Source of the DNA: a virus
Virus record (IMG/VR): IMGVR_UViG_3300027881_000008
Coordinates: 11,009-75,008 of that record
Length of the DNA: 64,000 bases
Reading direction: 5' to 3' (one strand)
The stretch's first letter is position 1. Each line of letters opens with the position of its first letter. Under the pieces are notes generated by a model. That model was not told where the DNA came from. It saw only the letters and a program-made list of their open reading frames with translations, and did not search any database. Position numbers and translations under genes: made by a program. This document shows positions 1-8,090 of the stretch, in pieces.

Positions 1-244
1 CGCTGAGAAACTACCCGCTTTGGCTGCTAGCGACCGACGCCGACGAGGCGGGGAGACGCGGCGCCGAGGTTCTCGAACGACGAGCCGCGCGCCTTGGATG
101 CCAGGCGGTTCGCGTCCGCTGGAAGGCGGGAGGCAGCCTTTTCAAGGATGCCAGTGAGGCGTGGGTCGCAGGCGCCCGCCGGGCGACCATGGCCGCCTGC
201 CTTAGTGACGCCTGCCACGCCGCGCTGGGCTACCGGGTCGAGAT

Positions 245-817
245 ATGAGGCCGACGACGCCGGCCCCGCCGCCAGACCCGCCGCTTTCCGTCGAGCAGGA
301 GGACGCCATCAGGCGCGAGCGCCAGCTCGCCGACGACGCTCGGGCTTTGGCGCCAGCTCGGCGGGCGCGCCTTCGGGACCGCCTGAGCATGCGCCCCAAG
401 GAGCAGTTCGTTCGCGACTTCCTCGCTGCGTCGCGAGTGGGGGCCTACCCTGTCGTCGCAGACGAGGTCGCCGATGCCAACGAGGTGGACTACGCGGCTC
501 ACTATCCGGGGGAGTCGCTGGTCACGGTCGTGGAGCGCGAGGTAAGGCGCTGTTACGAGCGCCACCAGTTCCCCGGTCAGTCGGCGCGCTCGGTAGCCTG
601 CGACATCCTAAACAGTTCGTGCGGGTCGTTCCTCTTCTCGTTGCGTGGCTCTCCCGAGACCTCTCTCTCTACGGAGTTGGTCCTGGCCCACCTCGAGACG
701 CTAGGGTTCGGCCTTCCCCCCGCGGTCGCCTTTTCGGTTGCTGTTAGGGTCACACTCGCGCTGCTCAACCGCGACCTGATCAGCGAGGCGAACGGAGAGG
801 ACGCGACGCCGTTTTGA
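245..817 (+). CDS. hypothetical protein
   Basis: 190-aa ORF with normal composition; stop overlaps the next ORF. Confidence 0.6.
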   Translation: MRPTTPAPPPDPPLSVEQEDAIRRERQLADDARALAPARRARLRDRLSMRPKEQFVRDFLAASRVGAYPVVADEVADANEVDYAAHYPGESLVTVVEREVRRCYERHQFPGQSARSVACDILNSSCGSFLFSLRGSPETSLSTELVLAHLETLGFGLPPAVAFSVAVRVTLALLNRDLISEANGEDATPF

Positions 818-1290
818 AGTGGGGGGACCCCAGGGATTTCTTCGCCGAACGCTGTGCTGACACCGAGGACGAGCGGGAGTGGATGAGCGGCGGTACGCTT
901 TACGCGCACTACCGCCGGCGCTGCTTCCGGTGTGGCGTTCGAGCCCTGGGACTGGGGCGCTTCCGCGCCGCGTTGGAGAGGCGCACCGAGGGCGTCGTGG
1001 AAGAGGTCCACGGCCACATCATCTACCCGTTGGAGATTTTGGACGAGGAGCACTGGGAACTCGCCGAGGGACCCCCTACGACGCAGGAGCCCGCTCGCGC
1101 ACGCGCCTCGTTGAGGGTGTTGGTCACTCAGGCGTACCGCGACGTTCCCATGCCAGCGGGGGAGGTGGTGCGGTGGCTTGAGCCCACCTGGGGGGAGAAA
1201 CAACGCTTGGAGCCTGACGACCTGGTGGTGGAGTGGCGGGGTGCTCGGCGCTACATTAAGAGTCGAGCGGCTGAGGTGGTAGACTCGTAG
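814..1290 (+). CDS. winged-helix protein resembling the C-terminal domain of D5/P4-type primase-helicases
   Basis: DFFAERC...LYAHYRRRC..CG...LGLGRFRAAL pattern; coupled to the previous gene. Confidence 0.5.
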   Translation: MKWGDPRDFFAERCADTEDEREWMSGGTLYAHYRRRCFRCGVRALGLGRFRAALERRTEGVVEEVHGHIIYPLEILDEEHWELAEGPPTTQEPARARASLRVLVTQAYRDVPMPAGEVVRWLEPTWGEKQRLEPDDLVVEWRGARRYIKSRAAEVVDS

Positions 1291-1326
1291 CGCCGCGCCG
1301 TGGTACCGCCGTGGTATAGCCACACC

Positions 1327-1818
1327 ATGGGCCAGCTCGTCGACATAGCAAAACGGATTCTTAGCGAGGCGTTCTACCCCGAGGTGGGAGACCTACCTCC
1401 CGCAGACGCATCGCTCGGGGGCGACGTGGCTGACCAGGCCGCCGCCATTTGGGAGCACAAGCGCCTCTCCCGCATCAACGCCGAGTACTTCGTGGTCATT
1501 GAGCGCATGGAGGCAGAGCGCGACGAGTGGAAAGAGATGTTTTTCGAGCAGAGCCGCCAGCACCTTGCGGCCCAGGCTATGTTGTCTCGCCAGCTCGGGG
1601 AATCGCGCCAGCAACTCCGCGCGGCGGTCCAACAACTCAACTTCTACCGAAAATGTGCGGACCACGAGCCGATTAAAGAGCCGGCCGGACTGGATGCGAG
1701 CCCCTCGGCGATCCCCGACGGGTACAAGGCTAAGATGGACGCCCTGGTGGCTGGCGCCCCGGAGCCCACGGACGGGAAAGCTGCGCGCGCCCGCATCGCG
1801 AGCGCTCAAAAGTCTTGA
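1327..1818 (+). CDS. hypothetical coiled-coil protein
   Basis: Helical E/Q/R-rich ORF; ATG 1327 lies 6 nt after GTGGTATAGC (possible leaderless promoter). Confidence 0.65.
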   Translation: MGQLVDIAKRILSEAFYPEVGDLPPADASLGGDVADQAAAIWEHKRLSRINAEYFVVIERMEAERDEWKEMFFEQSRQHLAAQAMLSRQLGESRQQLRAAVQQLNFYRKCADHEPIKEPAGLDASPSAIPDGYKAKMDALVAGAPEPTDGKAARARIASAQKS

Positions 1819-1842
1819 CGGCTGGAGGGAGCCCGGTATGCT
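1815..1842 (+). promoter_or_regulatory. sigma70-like promoter of the structural operon
   Basis: TTGACG (1815-1820), 16 nt spacer, TATGCT (1837-1842). Confidence 0.55.
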
Positions 1843-1860
1843 CGTCACGGATCTACAGTT

Positions 1861-1920
1861 GTTGGCTGCACCTTCGGGTTAAGCGGGGCCAACGCGCTGT
1901 GCCAAGAAAGCACAGGTGCG
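1861..1920 (+). promoter_or_regulatory. structured 5' leader
   Basis: GTTGGC/GCCAAC stem enclosing ACC-TTCG-GGT (cUUCGg tetraloop); second hairpin CTGTGC-CAAGAAA-GCACAG. Confidence 0.5.
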
Positions 1921-1923
1921 TTT

Positions 1924-4335
1924 GTGTCTCGCCGAAGAGCGTTAGCAAAGAAAATTACGCGTAAACAGGCTCGCGCCTACGACCGCACCGTTCCCAATCC
2001 GATGGGCGTCACCGCCATCGCCGCGGTGAACGGCCCGGGTAGCTATGCCCGCCGCTACGAGGCCACTCGCCAGCTTCTTGAGCGCGAGCCCTCCAGCCGA
2101 CGTCGCCCGGTTCGCCCCAACAAGGCCACGCGCCGGCGCATCAAGACTTGGGCCGAGTTCCAAAAGCTGGCGGCCGTGGCCAACGCTCCCCCCAAGAAGC
2201 GCCGGGCGATGTACAGGTCGTACCACCAGAAGCATACCGGCAGGCTCCCGCCCGCCTCGGCTTGGACAGAAGCGAAGCCCAAGGCGAAGCCCAAGGCGAA
2301 GCCCAAGGCCAAGGCCAAGGCCAAGCCCCGGGCGAAAGCGAAGCCCAAGCCTCGCGCAAAGGCTCCCTTGAAGCGAGCCAAGAAGCGCCAGACGAAGGCC
2401 GATTGGGTGCGCATGAAGCGCCGCGAGAAGCCTGGCGCCAGCGACGAGCAACTGAACGCTTGGTGGAACAGCAAAAAAAGAGGAGACGAGCGTCAGCGGG
2501 CTATCAGGGCGTCCAAACAGGGGCGAGCAGCGGTTGCCCGCACTCCCGCTGGCCGTGAGGCCGCGCGTAGGAAGCGGATGCTGGGGGCGCAGAAGAAGAC
2601 CGGCAAGAAGACCGGCAAGAAGACCGGCAAGAAGCGCCAAACGAAGGCCGACTGGGAGCGCGCACAACGGCGCAAACACCCCGGGGTGAGCGACAAGCAG
2701 CTCGCCGCCCGGTGGAAGTTGGGGCAGGCGTCCAAGAAGCGCTACGCAGCTTCAAAGCGCCAGCGAGCCGAGGCCAAGCGAAAGAAGCAGGTCCGGCGCT
2801 ACGGCAAAGGAAAGTTCAAGGCCGCGCGAGCTCGCGTCGGCAGCGGGGTGCCCACCGACTACTGGACCTACATGTACCGGGACAAGGGCGGTCGTATGCG
2901 GAAGATCCCCGTGTGGGCGCTCGCTGGCTACAGCAGTAGCCGCGCCGCGCAGAAGGTACGAGACGAGGGAAGCCCACGCCGCCAAAGGGCGCTGGAGAAG
3001 CGTCTCGAAGCAATCCGAGTACGGCGGGACAAAGCGGTCGCCGTGGCGAAGAGACAGATCGAAAGAGGCACTGGCCGTTACGCCATGTTCTCACCTAACC
3101 AAGAACGCACAATTACCTACGAGGAGTGGGAAGAAGACATGAGAGCAAACAGCCGGCGTCGCCGCCGTAAAAAGTCCACGAAGAAACGGCGCACCCGTCG
3201 CGTTCGCCGCAATCCTGTCCACGCGAGCGCCCGCAAGGCTGCCCCCAAGCGCCGTCGCCGCCGTAAGGCGTCGACCCGCAAGGGAATGGTCCGCACCACG
3301 GCACGTCGAGCTTTCGAGTCGAATCGCCCGAAGCGTAAGCGCAAGCGCAAGAGCACCCGCAAGGGCATGGTGCGCCGCACCTCGCGTCGTGCGTATCGAA
3401 AGAACCAGGCCGCCACGTTCGGTGGGCGCTTCGTAGAGGTGCTTCAGATCGGTGGCGTGGTCGCAGTGGGCTTTGTTGTCCAGAAAGCTGCGACCACCGG
3501 CATCGTGAAGGCAATCGGAGACAAGTTCCCCGAGAGCGTCTTGAAGTTCAAGGGCTCGCTCGTCGGTCTCGGCGTAGCTGCCGCCGGCGTGCTTATTGGG
3601 AGCGGGATGAAGTCCGCGGCGATGCAGAACTTCGCCGCTGGTATGGGCGCCGGCCTCGTGCACACGGTCGCGAAGGAGGCTCTGGCCGCTTTCGCCCCTG
3701 ACTATGCCGACTACCTCGGTGCGCTTCCATCTCAGTACACGAACGCCGAAGGAAACCCGCAGTACAGCGGTTACGGCTCGTATTACGAGTTCAGCCCCCA
3801 TCAGGTTTTTGATGGGGTCGGCGAGTACTACGAGACGGCTCCCGCGGCCGTTCCGACGAGCGGCTTCGGCCAGCTTCCCCAGCTCTACCAGGCTGCGGCG
3901 GCATACGGCCAGGCGCCTCCGGGAATCCCGCAGCTCACGCAACAGGCGGCCGGCTACGGCAACCTGGACGTGAACCAGCTCACGCAGGCGGCAGCTGGAC
4001 TCGGCGCACCGATGCTCACCCAGGCCGCCGCAGGCGCCATGGGCGAGTATGTGGTGAGCGGAGGCAAAGGGATCGGCGAGTACGAGGAGGTCACTCCTGA
4101 ATACCAGAAGCCGACCACCACGGACGAGGGGATCCACCCCGACCTGACGAGCGCCGAATACGCGCTGTCGATTGCGGAAGCGGCGGCTGGCGTCGGCGCG
4201 TTCGGCGACAGCAACGTACCGCTGCAGAGCATCGTCAATCCAACCGGCCACCCCGAGGCCATCCCAGACATGCCAGGCGGCAGCCGAGCTGGCACCTTCG
4301 CTGGCCCCAACGGAGTCTTCGGACCCGGACACTGA
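1924..4335 (+). CDS. Arg/Lys-rich DNA-condensing core-like membrane protein (putative polyprotein)
   Basis: About 490 aa of extremely basic N-terminal sequence (KPKA, KKTG, poly-R), then 2-3 hydrophobic helices, then an acidic Gly/Tyr/Gln-rich C-terminus with repeated GxG motifs. Confidence 0.75.
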   Translation: MSRRRALAKKITRKQARAYDRTVPNPMGVTAIAAVNGPGSYARRYEATRQLLEREPSSRRRPVRPNKATRRRIKTWAEFQKLAAVANAPPKKRRAMYRSYHQKHTGRLPPASAWTEAKPKAKPKAKPKAKAKAKPRAKAKPKPRAKAPLKRAKKRQTKADWVRMKRREKPGASDEQLNAWWNSKKRGDERQRAIRASKQGRAAVARTPAGREAARRKRMLGAQKKTGKKTGKKTGKKRQTKADWERAQRRKHPGVSDKQLAARWKLGQASKKRYAASKRQRAEAKRKKQVRRYGKGKFKAARARVGSGVPTDYWTYMYRDKGGRMRKIPVWALAGYSSSRAAQKVRDEGSPRRQRALEKRLEAIRVRRDKAVAVAKRQIERGTGRYAMFSPNQERTITYEEWEEDMRANSRRRRRKKSTKKRRTRRVRRNPVHASARKAAPKRRRRRKASTRKGMVRTTARRAFESNRPKRKRKRKSTRKGMVRRTSRRAYRKNQAATFGGRFVEVLQIGGVVAVGFVVQKAATTGIVKAIGDKFPESVLKFKGSLVGLGVAAAGVLIGSGMKSAAMQNFAAGMGAGLVHTVAKEALAAFAPDYADYLGALPSQYTNAEGNPQYSGYGSYYEFSPHQVFDGVGEYYETAPAAVPTSGFGQLPQLYQAAAAYGQAPPGIPQLTQQAAGYGNLDVNQLTQAAAGLGAPMLTQAAAGAMGEYVVSGGKGIGEYEEVTPEYQKPTTTDEGIHPDLTSAEYALSIAEAAAGVGAFGDSNVPLQSIVNPTGHPEAIPDMPGGSRAGTFAGPNGVFGPGH
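2272..2349 (+). repeat. coding tandem repeat (AKPK)n
   Basis: GCGAAGCCCAAG x3 followed by degenerate GCCAAG units. Confidence 0.9.
2593..2634 (+). repeat. coding tandem repeat (KKTG)x3
   Basis: AAGAAGACCGGC x3. Confidence 0.9.
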
Positions 4336-4342
4336 AACCACT

Positions 4343-4447
4343 GCGTCCGACGGGGAGCGAGCTGGCCTTACGCTCCTCGTCACATGGCGCAAACAAAAAC
4401 TAGGCCAGGGCCGTAGCGGAACCAGGCCGCTTTATCAACGGAAGCCC
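4343..4447 (+). ncRNA. candidate cis-regulatory RNA with pseudoknot upstream of the putative major capsid gene
   Basis: Stem 4349-4359/4371-4381; loop CTGGCCT (4362-4368) complementary to AGGCCAG (4402-4408) after an A-rich linker; further stem 4408-4447. Confidence 0.45.
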
Positions 4448-4466
4448 AGAGAGAACAGAGAACACC

Positions 4467-5270
4467 ATCCCTAAATTGACAAATGTGCGAGAGCGCGTCC
4501 ATCAGCCCTTTCGCGATACCCTAGTGCGGACGGCCGGTACACAGACCGGTAACGTCAGTGACAACACCAAGCTGTTTACCGTTGCGGGTAAACCAGAAGG
4601 TGCAACGAACTTGCCCAACGGATCGACGCTTCCAAGCGATCAGTCGTTCGTCGTGCTGGCTCTGCGCGTCTTCACATGGTTCCGCAACAGCATCCAGCGT
4701 CCCATGCAGCAGGGCGCGGCCCCAGGCCGGCTCGTCATCCCGCTCCCCGACGGAACCACCATCTTCGCCGGCAACGGCGACTTCAACCTTCCCTTCGGCG
4801 GTGGCCCGGTCACCGGCGCTGCCTTCGCAGCCGTGCTGAACGGGCAGGGAATCGGAGACGTCAACGACGTTCACCGATTGAACTGGCAAGCTGAAGAGCA
4901 GCTCCTATGGAGCTACGGTGCGGGCGATAAATTCTCCCTCACATCCATGCCGTCAGCGTACTTCCCATATGGCGGCGGGCTTCACGGCCAATTGCCCTGT
5001 TCGACGGATTTGATTCTGTGGAACAACGGCATGCCGTCCCAAGAGGGCATCTTGCGTCTGGCAAGAGCAATCTTGATTCCCCCGCGACAGAATATCAAGG
5101 CGGAAGCCAACATTGCGCGCCTCGATACCGGCCCCAATGCGGCGACCCTCGCCACCACCCAGGGAGCGCGTGATATGTTCTCCCTTCGCGACAACCTCAA
5201 TGCCCCGGACCTCATCAACAAGGTTATTAGTCTGACCTTTGACGGCTTGTTCAGCCGCGACGTGCAGTGA
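4467..5270 (+). CDS. putative major capsid protein (single jelly-roll-like); probable ATC start (TTG 4476 alternative)
   Basis: Beta-rich; QPFRDT..LF..TNL..G.LP..QSFVVLALR at the N-terminus and a terminal strand ISLTFDGLFSR; flanked by a structured leader and a terminator; fold is inferred. Confidence 0.5.
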   Translation: MPKLTNVRERVHQPFRDTLVRTAGTQTGNVSDNTKLFTVAGKPEGATNLPNGSTLPSDQSFVVLALRVFTWFRNSIQRPMQQGAAPGRLVIPLPDGTTIFAGNGDFNLPFGGGPVTGAAFAAVLNGQGIGDVNDVHRLNWQAEEQLLWSYGAGDKFSLTSMPSAYFPYGGGLHGQLPCSTDLILWNNGMPSQEGILRLARAILIPPRQNIKAEANIARLDTGPNAATLATTQGARDMFSLRDNLNAPDLINKVISLTFDGLFSRDVQ

Positions 5271-5277
5271 GCCGTTA

Positions 5278-5420
5278 GCAGCGCGCCCGTTTTATATGCA
5301 GCAGAAAAAAAGTAGCAGAACATAACGGCGCGTTGCGCCACACCAAGTCGCCCGGCCTGGCAAGCGCGGGGCCTATTTTCGGGTCCCGACCAAAACCGGG
5401 TCGGGCGCCTCGGTTTTTTT
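5278..5420 (+). terminator. intrinsic terminator/attenuator region
   Basis: Long hairpin 5278-5336; stem AAAACCGGG/CTCGGTTTT running into T7 (5414-5420); competing CCCGACC/GGTCGGG stem. Confidence 0.6.
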
Positions 5421-5482
5421 CTCCGCCTCTTTTGGCGGTGTCGCCCCAGGCAAGACGCGGTCGTGGGGAATGAAGGAGCGTC

Positions 5483-6514
5483 ATGTACGGAAACCAATAC
5501 GACCCAGGCTTCGCCCAAGCAGTGCAGCAGCTGCGCGCAGAGATCAATCGCAACGCGGGCGGCCTTCGCAAGTACACCGACGAGCAGATGGCCAAGATGG
5601 TCGGACGCCTGGACGAGCTGAGCCGCGTGACCAGCGCCATGAGCGCCATCCGCTCGGGGGCCACCAAGGACCCGGGAGTGCGCCTCATCGAGGACATACC
5701 AGGGCGACGGGTGCCCTACGTCATGCTCGTAGATATACCCCTAGGTGCCGACACGACGAGCATTCGAGAAGGGTCCGTCACCATCTCTCAGGAGGGACCG
5801 TTCGTCGCCGTGCGTCGCATGGCCACCTTCCAGTCGGCCTACGAGTTCCAAGTCACCGACCCGGTGAGCAGCCAAGTGGCGCGTTTCGCAGGCCGGTCGT
5901 TCGGGCGCTACCGCCCCATTCACTCTGTCTGTGACACCAACGACAGTCAGCATAATGCGTGGTCCGACGCGAGCCGTTGGTACCTAGCGGCGCTCACCAA
6001 CCCCGACGCGGTGCCAGGCCCCGCGGCCGAACTTCCCTCGGCTGCGCTCAGTCTTCCGAGCAACATGTCGAGCTTCCGCACCATGGAGTTCGATGGGCGT
6101 ATCAGCGTCATCAACGCTGGCTCGAGCTACCCCCGCCAGAACATCAGCGTGCCGTCTAGCTTCTGGGCCAGCGAGTGCAACAGTCCCGTCACCCTAGGCG
6201 CTTTGGACTTCTTCGAGCGCGGTGAAGTGCTGACCGTTCGGGTTCAGCCCAACCATGTGTCGAATCCGCCAGCCGGAAACGTCGATGGCGACTGCATCTT
6301 CCCTAACGCGGCGGCCCCAGGTTGGCCCTTTGTCGAGGGCCAGTACGACTCGCACGAAGGGATTTGTACTCCCGACGCAAGCACCCTCGCTACCATCCGA
6401 CCGTTTGAGCCAGCCCTCATCGCCAACGACCCCGTGGCCCGGCTTCCTGACGGTATCCTCACTATCGCATGGGAAGGCTACCGAATCATTCAGCCTGTTG
6501 GGCCGGTTGGATGA
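5483..6514 (+). CDS. putative second capsid/penton-like jelly-roll protein with N-terminal coiled coil
   Basis: AAGGAG SD; beta-rich GPFVAVRRMATF...FFERGEVLTVRV...LTIAWEGYRII pattern parallels the previous gene. Confidence 0.45.
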   Translation: MYGNQYDPGFAQAVQQLRAEINRNAGGLRKYTDEQMAKMVGRLDELSRVTSAMSAIRSGATKDPGVRLIEDIPGRRVPYVMLVDIPLGADTTSIREGSVTISQEGPFVAVRRMATFQSAYEFQVTDPVSSQVARFAGRSFGRYRPIHSVCDTNDSQHNAWSDASRWYLAALTNPDAVPGPAAELPSAALSLPSNMSSFRTMEFDGRISVINAGSSYPRQNISVPSSFWASECNSPVTLGALDFFERGEVLTVRVQPNHVSNPPAGNVDGDCIFPNAAAPGWPFVEGQYDSHEGICTPDASTLATIRPFEPALIANDPVARLPDGILTIAWEGYRIIQPVGPVG

Positions 6515-7296
6515 GCCATATCCTCGACCGCCGTGCGCCGGAGCAGTTCATCCGTGAGCTGTCCCAAGAGGCGCGCCTCGTCCGTCAGGGCGCGGCAGGA
6601 CAGGAGGCCGGCCCCCCAGGGCTCGGTCCCGAGCCTGCGGTGGTCCATCAGCCGGGGGGCGAGCTCCTCAACAAAATCCAAGACCCGGCGTTCGATACGG
6701 TCGAGCATCTTTTTCGGGCGCTCCCCGAGGACAGTTGGTTCTCCCCTACCACCTCGACCAAGCGCCCCATCAAGTTCGAGTTCGGCGTCTTCACCGTTCC
6801 CCAGAGCCAGTATTTTCTGGTGACCGACTACGAGTTCGTGGCGCTTCGGCAGAGCGGCATCGACCCCTTCGACTTCATGCAGGCGGCGCCGTACCGCTTC
6901 AGCGGCTTCATGGGGTTCGACATCACGCTCGATGGCCGGCGCGTGAGTAACCTCATGTACCAGCTCGACCCCGCCCCAGTGCAGTTCTTCCGTCAGGCGT
7001 TCGCGTCGCCCTTCGATCCTCGCGCGCCCGCCGCGAGCTTCAACCAAGCTGCGGCCAACAGCTTCGGCGCCGTGGCCGGCGAGGGCACGTCGCTCTTGCC
7101 CGTCCGCCCCAACGTACAGGGAAGCCGGAACATGCCCTTCACCATGATCGCCGAGCCTGGCACCAAGGTTGCGCTCTCGTGCGTCATCTTCCGCCGCGTG
7201 ACTGCCGCTCTCGCGGGCCTCCAGGCGAGCGTGTCTGGCTACTCGATCCACGCCAACACTATGAGCGCACTGCTCAACCGAATGAGGCCCAGATGA
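6511..7296 (+). CDS. putative third capsid-like jelly-roll protein
   Basis: ATGA overlap; FEFGVFTVPQSQYFLVTDYEF...PGTKVALSC...ASVSGY beta pattern. Confidence 0.45.
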   Translation: MSHILDRRAPEQFIRELSQEARLVRQGAAGQEAGPPGLGPEPAVVHQPGGELLNKIQDPAFDTVEHLFRALPEDSWFSPTTSTKRPIKFEFGVFTVPQSQYFLVTDYEFVALRQSGIDPFDFMQAAPYRFSGFMGFDITLDGRRVSNLMYQLDPAPVQFFRQAFASPFDPRAPAASFNQAAANSFGAVAGEGTSLLPVRPNVQGSRNMPFTMIAEPGTKVALSCVIFRRVTAALAGLQASVSGYSIHANTMSALLNRMRPR

Positions 7297-7520
7297 TGCA
7301 AGTAGGACCGCCGCCGCGAGGGTTTTATGGGATGGGAACCGACCCGCTTCTGCCGGGAGTCGTCCTCCCTGACTTGCCCGGTTACGTGACCGAGGAAAAA
7401 TGTTCTGCGGCCCAGTTGTCGGCTGAAGAAAAAGCCAAGGGCAGCGTGCTTCCCTGGGCGATTGGCGCCGGAGTCGGCGCCCTGGTTCTAGGACTCGCCA
7501 TAGGAAGGATGAGCAAGTGA
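7293..7520 (+). CDS. small C-terminally anchored membrane protein (FYGMG motif)
   Basis: ATGA overlap; PGYVTEE motif; TM helix then GRMSK. Confidence 0.7.
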   Translation: MMQVGPPPRGFYGMGTDPLLPGVVLPDLPGYVTEEKCSAAQLSAEEKAKGSVLPWAIGAGVGALVLGLAIGRMSK

Positions 7521-7957
7521 TGTACGGACTTGGAGAAAATGGAGCGCCTCCGGGCGGACCACCACCGCCCCCCACCCCCGGTGCCCCACCGGCCATACCC
7601 ACGCCGATCCCCGGGGCCACGGACCAGGCGAGCTGCGCGCAGCACGGCGGAACCTGGCAGGGACTCCCCCCGCCTGCGCCGCCGGGAATGGGCGTGTGTC
7701 TATCGGGCGCGTTGCCCCCCATTCCTGGGGCTCCCCCCGTACCAGGTGGCCTTCCGGCTCTTCCTCCGGGAGTCCAGAAGCCGGAGATCCCGGGATACGT
7801 GACGAAGGAGCACTTAGCCGCGTCGCTTCAGGGCGCCGCCACGCAGTGCAACACCGCGCGCGCCGAATCCAGGCGCATGTCCATCTACGTGGCCGTTGGT
7901 GTCGGCTTGGCGGGCGTGCTCATCGGTGCCGTCGTCGGAAAGAACATGAAGAAGTGA
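7517..7957 (+). CDS. Pro-rich C-terminally anchored membrane protein (MYGLG motif); paralogue of 7293-7520
   Basis: PGYVTKE motif shared with the previous gene; TM helix then KNMKK. Confidence 0.75.
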   Translation: MMYGLGENGAPPGGPPPPPTPGAPPAIPTPIPGATDQASCAQHGGTWQGLPPPAPPGMGVCLSGALPPIPGAPPVPGGLPALPPGVQKPEIPGYVTKEHLAASLQGAATQCNTARAESRRMSIYVAVGVGLAGVLIGAVVGKNMKK

Positions 7958-7959
7958 GA

Positions 7960-8071
7960 TTGACGAGCCGCAAGAGCCGGGCCCTCGGTTTGGTGTTCCG
8001 GGGGCTGTCCGCAAAAGTGATGGCCTTCCTCAGCCGCTCCGGCCGGGAGCTCGACTCTTGCGGCTCGTCGA
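7960..8071 (+). ncRNA. long rod-like intergenic hairpin (RNA-processing site or small RNA)
   Basis: Perfect 15-bp inverted repeat 7962-7976/8055-8069 extended by wobble pairs, with an internal bubble and apical stem-loop. Confidence 0.55.
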
Positions 8072-8090
8072 AACACGCGGGGGAGGCGTA

